Positions 56,422-64,000 of a stretch of DNA of 64,000 nucleotides are shown here, in pieces. Under the pieces are notes generated by a model, which was not told the DNA's origin, made no database searches, and was given only the letters and a program-made list of their open reading frames with translations. The first letter of the stretch is position 1, and every line of letters begins with the position of its first letter. The stretch is from Eledone cirrhosa (taxonomy: Eukaryota): contig OZ024742.1 of the NCBI GenBank assembly GCA_964016885.1, forward strand, positions 317,502,001 to 317,566,000, written 5' to 3'. The translations under genes were made by a program, and so were the position numbers.

Positions 56422-59369
56422 TGTAGTGACCTACATTCCGCGGGCTCACATACATTCTCTGTGCGTGATTTGGCTCAGCTCAGCCAATCAGCGCCAGGGG
56501 AAGAGAATGTATCCCTACGCGTTCTGGGGAGAAATGGCCCGCGAAGATTTGAGGAATCTAAAACAATCGCAGCTTGACCATGCTAAGGTAAACACCACTT
56601 GTTCTTTTGCTCCGTAAGCACAAACAATATGTAACGTCACAACAATTTTACTACGGACCTGGCCAAACGCCTCAGCCAGTCGACCGTATTTTCTCTTGTA
56701 ATCTTAATTGAATTATTTCCTTTCTCTTGGCATGCCAGCCTAATTCACTTCTTAACCTTGGTTAATAAATAATGTAAAACATGCTAAAGTCGTTGTCGAT
56801 ATTCCTATCATATCTTTCTACCAAAGATGGTTCCTCGTTGCAACATTACTGCTCTCTAAAAACTTCTCCGCTAAATTGGTGACCTTCGACGATTAAGTAT
56901 GAAAACGCAGCCTATTTGAATTCGCCATTCGTTTTAATGGCAATGTGGAGTGGCTTAACATTTGGAATGTTCGAATCGGGTAGCTAGACTCACTTAGCGT
57001 AAGTCCATAAAATTCATAATATTCCATTTGTTGAAGCACGCGGCCTGCACAATATTTCTGTCATAACTTTCATGGTAACACTAGTAACTCACGAATACAG
57101 ACGAACACAAAAATACAACACAAAAGAAAGAGTTTTTTCGACGACTAACAAAAAATTTCTCTTTTGGATTGAAAATTATGCGATGTCTTCTATCCGGTTG
57201 AGGTGGTTTGGTATATTTCAATTAGTTGATAAAATGAGTACGGTGACCACCGACTAAGAACAACTTGCCTTGCAAGCATAGTTTGATAAAAACAAAAAAA
57301 AAAAAAAGGATTTCTCTAGATATAGAATTTTGCTTTCAAACTCCTGTTAAAGTTACAAAATGGAGACTCAAAAATGTTGTTTTCCCGCGTACAGCTTGTC
57401 TTCTGCAATCCCAGCAACCTGATTGGCTGCATCGTGCCACATAACGGCTTCTTCATCACGGACACATTTTTCGATCGGCCATCTTGGGATTTCTTGCCGA
57501 ATAATTTTCATGGAAAATAATTTTTTTTATTATTCAAATTTTCTTTAGAATATTTTTAGAAAAAAAATTAGCAGTATTTCAAAAACTTTACACCACGAGG
57601 AAATTTCAAAACGGCTACCACCAAGTACCAGCCATTAGCAGCAACACATGGCTAACTATTAACCAACACCAGGGAACGGCTTGTAACTTTACCGACGCAA
57701 CCACCATACCTTCTGTCTCGTTACCACAAGGACTCGAGAAATTAAGACATTAGTTTTCTCACCATTATGGCGTCAGACGTGGCTGCCATGTTGGTGACAC
57801 TAGGTTCTTCAACGCTCGACTTCTACTCTACAGAAGATTCATTGTGACTTTGCTTTAACAACAACAACAACTCTACTAGCTCCCTGGTGAGAGCGTTCCC
57901 AAAGAAAAAAGAAGCGAACTTTTTGTTAAAAGAAAAGAAACAATTCTTTCTTTCTTCCTTTTTTTTTCAGGCATTTATTATTTTGGACATTTATTTTTTT
58001 TTAAACTGTATTATATAAAAATTCATTTCTCTCTATCATTGTATATGTGACCGCACGCACACATTTTCTTTGCTGTATTACATGCCTGCATATATACACA
58101 CACCAACATGTTGTTGTCTATAGTATGTGGTGATCTTCAAGCGTCGTAATATTCTGCGAGATCCCTTTTCACCTTCTGGAGGTACCAAGACATGCTATCG
58201 ACACTTGCAGCTTAATTCACCTGCACCGCAACACGAGAATGCTAATTGCAGCTGAACTCAAACAGTTTCGTATCTCGTTGCACATTCATCGTCCATAACA
58301 ACCTCTATATTGTTATCTTACCCAACTCACCGGGAAAACAACAAATAGAACTGGACTTGTCAGCTTTTCCACCACTTCTGTGGATTCGCCCGAATCATGG
58401 AACTGCAACCCACCTACAGATTCAACTTGCTTTTTTTTTTTTTAAAAGCAACCAGCCATTTTTTCCTGGCTCCCTAGCACATTCGGCAATACATCTGGGA
58501 GGCCAACATTTTCTCGCCTACCCATCATCTTCTTGCCAGCACTGGTAAACTACCATAATAGCTTCGTCCACAGCTACTGGTACAACACTTATCATTAACA
58601 TTTAATGCAAGAACAGCAACTTCGCCCATGTCAGACTTTATCTGTTTTCTGTTAGACCTTTGGTGGTCACTTATAAACTACAAAACAGCTAGTCATTTGA
58701 CAGAGGGTCAACACGGCCCGTAGGGCCTCATTTTTTTTCTTGCATGCATCTTTCTGCTCAATTATTTTTTCACTGATGTGCTCTTTCAGCATTTGTTCTT
58801 GCTGATTCAATAATCTGTATCGACTACCGTCTAGAAGGGGGTGTAAACTGTACCTTGTGGGTCCTTGGCTTCATCGTTAACGATTTTCGGCTAAAAATCT
58901 GCTCGGATGTGATGTAGTGACCTACATTCCGCGGGCTCACATACATTCTCTGTGCGTTATTTGGCTCAGCTCAGCCAATCAGCGTCAGGGGAAGAGAATG
59001 TATCCCTACGCGTTCTGAGGGAGAAATAGCCCGCGAAGATTTGAGAAATCTAAAATAATCGCAGCTTGACCATGCTAAGGTAAACACCACTTGTTCTTTT
59101 GCTCCGTAAGCACAAACAATATGTAACGACACAACAATTTTACTACGGACCTGGCCAAACGCCTCAGCCAGTCGACCTTATTTTCTCTTGTAATCTTAAT
59201 TGAATTATTTCATTTCTCTTGGCATGCCAGCCTAATTCACTTCTTAACCTTGGTTAATAAATGATGTAAAACATGCTAAAGTCGTTGTCGATATTCCTAT
59301 CATATCTTTCTACCAAAGATGGTTCCTCGTTGCAACATTACAACTCTCTAAATATAACTCTCTGCTAAA
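56422..59369 (+). mobile_element. Non-autonomous LTR retrotransposon (Gypsy-like), LTRs 56422-56875 and 58913-59369
   Basis: About 455-bp near-identical direct repeats starting TGTAG; PBS tggtgacc directly after the 5' LTR; ATAT flanks; no long internal ORF. Confidence 0.9.
56877..56891 (+). promoter_or_regulatory. Primer-binding site, tRNA-Trp-like
   Basis: tggtgaccttcgacg vs TGGTGACCCCGACG, the complement of the metazoan tRNA-Trp 3' end; imperfect match. Confidence 0.65.
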
Positions 59370-59413
59370 ATATATATATATAGAAGTGGTTACACAATAG
59401 TTAGTTCACCATA

Positions 59414-59453
59414 CCGAGAACAATTGTTTCACCTTCGCGGATCTTCAGCTCGG
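59414..59453 (-). ncRNA. Minimal type I hammerhead ribozyme (inverted copy)
   Basis: Reverse complement of 59501-59540. Confidence 0.8.
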
Positions 59454-59500
59454 GATGTGTATGGTTATAGGAACAGCCTGTTCCTATAACCATACACATC

Positions 59501-59540
59501 CCGAGCTGAAGATCCGCGAAGGTGAAACAATTGTTCTCGG
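59501..59540 (+). ncRNA. Minimal type I hammerhead ribozyme
   Basis: ccgag-CTGAAGA-t.cc(gcgaa)gg.t-GAAA-caattg-TT-ctcgg; palindromic stem-III hexamer. Confidence 0.82.
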
Positions 59541-59634
59541 TATGGTGAACTAACTATTGTGTAACCACTTCTACCTAACTCGTTCCTTGGACTGAGTGCT
59601 CTACCACTACAGATATTACCTTCCAGTGTTCCAC

Positions 59635-59834
<200 letters not shown>

Positions 59835-59959
59835 GATAAAAAGAGTGATAAAAAGAGAGAAGTGGATGAATAGATAGTGTGATTGTAAATGAGAGGAAAG
59901 GCAGAATTTTTAAATAGTAAACACTCAAGAGAAGAAGGTATTAGATGATCAGATATCAT

Positions 59960-61450
59960 TAGTTATATCTAGGCAACATCTTTATTGGAAGAACCCTTTA
60001 GTTGTGTCAAGGTCATGTCAACCTCCCTAATGTTGGTGATCATATAGGTCTACCAAATAGAACAGATGCTTCTTACACATTTTCAACTCGTCACATAGTA
60101 ATGGGTCCACATCCGTAAAAAACTCCACAGTTGAGCCATACAAGTCAACAAGTCTTTGCAAGCTATCATCTCTTGACAACCACCTTACCTCAGTGTGCAA
60201 AAGTAATTCTAGTCAGAGAACCAAACTGATCATCTAACAATCTGAAGATCAACAACCATTCAGTGTTCAAGTATCTATATATCTAACCAAGTTAGATATT
60301 TAGTCTGACAACTAAACTATTAATTATATGTGAGAGCCATATCTAAGTATACTTCAAAGTACACATGGACTGTAATTTGAATTTGAAATAAGATATTCTC
60401 TATGGTGACTCTATTGCAAAGTCAGGATTTTAAAATTGGCAGCCATCAACATAATTCTGTAAAATGTCGGGTCAATAATTTCAGTCAGAATAAATTCTAT
60501 ATTAATGTGACTTTGTGCATATAATTTGCACAAAAACGTTATCAATGACTACCGATAATTCTTTGGGGATGGATTTGGACATTCTCCTGTTCATAAAGCT
60601 TGAATATTTATTTATTGGAGCATAAATAAATATTATTATTTCGTATTAGCTGATTCTTATCAAAATTTTGTGTGATATAGCTGTTCATTAATTCGCCACA
60701 TGAGATTTTGGAGCTGGCGATTCATAAGTAATCGAATAGCAAACCATACGCCAAATTTTCTCGGTTCATTTGAAATATGTCCGTCCTAGAACATAACACT
60801 ATCAAGCAAACTCCATAAATCTGAGTGTTTGGTTTAAAAAGCAAATGCAATATCAATATTTTTTTCAGACAGAAAAGGCAGAGTTGCATTGTTATTTGTT
60901 ATATCCTGCATTGAATAGAGTTAAAGCTAGTCTGATTCGAGTCTATTAATGAAGAGGTAAGTGATTAAGAGTACGATATAAGATGAGACGCCAAGCTGTT
61001 GCAAGGTTACCTAACAAGTGCTACTGGCGCCTATACCAACGATTCAATCATGAGCTCAATACCATCAAAACAAGGCCTGATGGTGTCACATGAAAATGTT
61101 TAATTTTAAATATAATTGCTTACTTTCACCTTTTTATTTATAATTTATCGTCGATTATGCAATTTCATTTCCTATTTTCTTGTTTTACTTATCTTTTCAC
61201 GCCAGTCACGTGAAGATCTTCAGGAATCGTTTCCTAGGATTAACAACACTGGACTCATCCAACTATTGTGAAAGCTCAACCTAAGGGAATTACAAGCACT
61301 TCTTCCAATATTCAAGATGACAAATGAACAAATCTCACCTAAGTATAAAAAGTCAATCTCATCAGTAGAGAAACCCATCAAAAAGCCGCAAGCATTCTTC
61401 CTCCAAAGACTTATAAGTGTCTCATCTAACAGCGGTTGGTACATTGTAAT
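59960..61450 (-). pseudogene. hAT (Buster/Charlie-like) transposase central remnant
   Basis: Minus translation LLLHTEVRWLSR..SLQRLVDLY at about 60210-60140 and FYLVDLY; LDESS at about 61250 is weaker. Confidence 0.7.
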
Positions 61451-61647
61451 TAATACATTTCATTACTGATCACCATTAGTTGCAGCGCAGATAATGCTAT
61501 ACGGATATTGGAAACACCTACGTAATTAGTTGGCTGCGTTGTTAATTTATATTTGGTTTTCATTTTAATATAATGTATATTAATCCTTATATCGCCCTAA
61601 ATGTTTTTGCTTTTGTTGTTTTTATTATTTCATTATTGAAGGTCAGT

Positions 61648-61800
61648 CAATTGGCAGTATCGGTAGAGAATCAGACATTATGCTTTGCTCCATATAGTTA
61701 CGTCTCTTTACGTTCTGCGTTCAAATATCGCTGAGGTTAGCTTTCACTTTCATCCTTACGGAGTCGATAAAATAAAGTACCTGTAACGAACTGGGATCGA
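61648..61800 (+). mobile_element. tRNA-derived SINE
   Basis: ttggcagtatcggtagag...gttcaaat...ctttcatccttacggagtcgataaaataaagtacc. Confidence 0.85.
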
Positions 61801-61982
61801 AATTATCTATCTTTCTATTACCTTCACTTTCCCTCCCTCTCTCGCTCTTTCGCTCTCTCTATCTCTCTCTCTATCTATCCATCTATCTCTATCTCCCTCT
61901 CGCTCTCTCTCTCTCTCTCTCTCTCGCACACACACACACACACACGTATGCTCACACTTATACACATATGCACATGTGTATA

Positions 61983-62046
<64 letters not shown>

Positions 62047-62310
62047 CGTGTCATATTGACGGTCACGAGTAAAAGTACTCAATACCGACGTAGAGTTTAG
62101 ATATTTATTATGGCTCTATGAAACTCTGGACAAAACAAGACCCATAATCTAGCCATAATAAAGGATATATATATATATATATAATATAGGAGGTGAGTGT
62201 TATTGTAGCACAATAAAGCAATGCAAATATCGGATAAGTAGCACTCTACAGTTTGTAGGACTGGAGTATAAATAATATAAGATCAAAAGATGGTTAAAAG
62301 AGTTCCAAGT

Positions 62311-62380
62311 ATTTTTTTATGCGCATTTCAAAAACAAATATCATCATGGGATGATATCTGCGTTTTCATCAGATAAAATA
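62311..62380 (-). ncRNA. Minimal type I hammerhead ribozyme in the 3' pLTR of the right-edge Penelope-like element
   Basis: Minus: attttat-CTGATGA-aaac gcagatatcatc(ccat)gatgatatttgt tttt-GAAA-tgcgca-TA-aaaaaat; one stem I mismatch. Confidence 0.78.
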
Positions 62381-63537
62381 GGGATACATGATATGAAGGT
62401 TAAAAAACACTTGTGAATAGTGAAGTTTTAAATCAACATATGAAAAATAATTTAAGAGTGATATTGGGAAAAAGTGAGGGGGTTGGGGTGGAAAGGGTAA
62501 GGAAGAGGAGGAGATGAGAGTAAAGAATGGTGGGGGAGGAGTATAAGAAGGAAGGATGAGAGAGGAGGAGAGATGGGTGATAGAGAGAGAGAGAGATAGC
62601 CTTTACAACTGAGAAAAATATATATTGTCTAACAGAGAGAAGTTAAAAAGCCGTTGGAAGATAATAGATAATTTAAAAGAATTTGAAATTAAAAGTTGAT
62701 GAAGAGAAAAATGGGTTAAAAATAATATTAAATTAATGTTTGTATATTGAAGGGTTTAATAATATGTGCGCGGAAAAGAAATTGTTAATATGTATTATTA
62801 AAATAAAAATATTAATGTTATTAAGGATATAATGTGAAAAGAAGTAGAAGAGTGGATGAGTTATGAATTTAGAGGAATTAGTAAGTGTTTAAGTTTGTTT
62901 TTATATAATGTAATATGTGTGCGTAATATATGTAAATGGTTTGTTTAAAAATGAGCGCAGAAAGCAAAGAAGAAAAGAATGTTTAAGGAAGAAAAATATC
63001 TAACATCAAAATATATATGTTTACGAAATATTTTCTAATGGTAATAATATAATATATTAAAGGAAATTAGTTAGGGTTTAAGTTTGTTTTTATGTATTGT
63101 AATATGTAATATATAAAAGTCAAACGAGCATGAAAGGAAGAGATAAGGAACTTTAGGAAGAAAAATCTAAAGTCAAAAAATGTTTATGTTTTCGAAGGAC
63201 TATTAAAGGTAATACTATAATGTATTTAAAAGATAATAATAATGTTTATGGCCAATGATATGAAGAAAGATGGAAGAGTGGATATGTTGTGGTGAGTAAT
63301 AATAAGAATTGAGAAGTAGTTAGGAAGAAAAAGTACAGATTAGAGGTTAGAAATTAAAAAGAAAAAAGAAAAGAGGAAGAAAGGAAAGTGATAAAGAGGA
63401 ATGATATAGAATGAGTAACTTGTATTATATAATATATGATAAATAATATTGAAATAAGGTAGAAAGATGGGTATATTTAAAAAATATATATATAAGCCTT
63501 TGAGAAAAAGGATTTTAAACTAGTAAAGTATTAGATA

Positions 63538-64000
63538 TTAGCTGTATACTTTATGGAATGTTCTGTGGAATATATGCAAGCAGAGAGAAAATAAATCAGT
63601 GCGTCTATTTATTATAATGGTAAATTTCTCAGATAGGCAAAGATTACATGTTCTGGATAGGGAGGCATTCAAGTAGGGAGAGGCAGAACAAACGTTCCTC
63701 CAAGAGATGTTATAGTTAATATTTTTGTCTTTCAAGGACCATATGAGTTCTGAGAGTGCCGTGTTAGTTCTTTTAAGTTGGTATTTAAAAGACGAATTGT
63801 GATTATAAAATCTCGTTTTGAAGGAGGTGGAAGTGGAACCGAAATAGGTAAAGGAATTGGTATCAGTTATAACCTTACATTCATAGACTAAGTTTTGTTC
63901 AAGACAATGGTTATTGAGAGGACATTCAGTTTTAACAGGGCAATTACAATTGCGATTAGAGAAATTAACAGAGTTATTAACAAGTGACCTAGTGTTATCT
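63538..64000 (-). pseudogene. Penelope-like element GIY-YIG domain, runs off the right edge
   Basis: Minus: CNCPVKTECPLNNHCLEQNLVYECKV...TYFGSTSTSFKTRFYNH...LSELIWSLK...CNLCLSEK; same type as 10876-11589. Confidence 0.88.

Larger units (their letters stand above)
59381..59573. repeat. Perfect palindrome with 96-bp arms and a 1-nt spacer (59477), carrying two hammerheads
   Basis: Direct reading; a unique tail 59574-59637 follows, then (TA)n. Confidence 0.95.

Overview
Eukaryotic, AT-rich, microsatellite-saturated DNA made almost entirely of transposable elements. The repeat content suggests a cephalopod, probably Octopus (inference). No intact host gene could be supported. The only long ORF is an RTE-clade LINE (open from base 1 to 3483; APE endonuclease, RT, three C-terminal C2H2 fingers) whose RT motif-A Asp reads His. 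Also present: two tandem ~600-bp non-autonomous elements sharing that RTE's 3' stem-loop, four Penelope-like (GIY-YIG) remnants, an R4/Dong-type remnant in (TACA)n, a twin-primed RTE-like fragment, a non-autonomous Helitron, a non-coding LTR element with a tRNA-Trp-like PBS, a fragmented hAT (Buster/Charlie-like) transposase, and many tRNA-derived SINEs. The most striking unannotated signal is RNA structure. By eye there are ten hammerhead ribozyme (HHR) motifs with canonical cores, three with a U3-A8 covariant core, and several degenerate or half copies. Most are minimal type I with palindromic stem-III loops and lie in elements inserted in (TA)n. They include a 420-nt retrozyme-like monomer whose genomic junction falls within 2 nt of the predicted cleavage site. 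Several fold-back palindromes are centred on ribozyme stems II or III. Nearly all other ORFs in the track are microsatellite artefacts. All calls are from manual reading; no searches were run.
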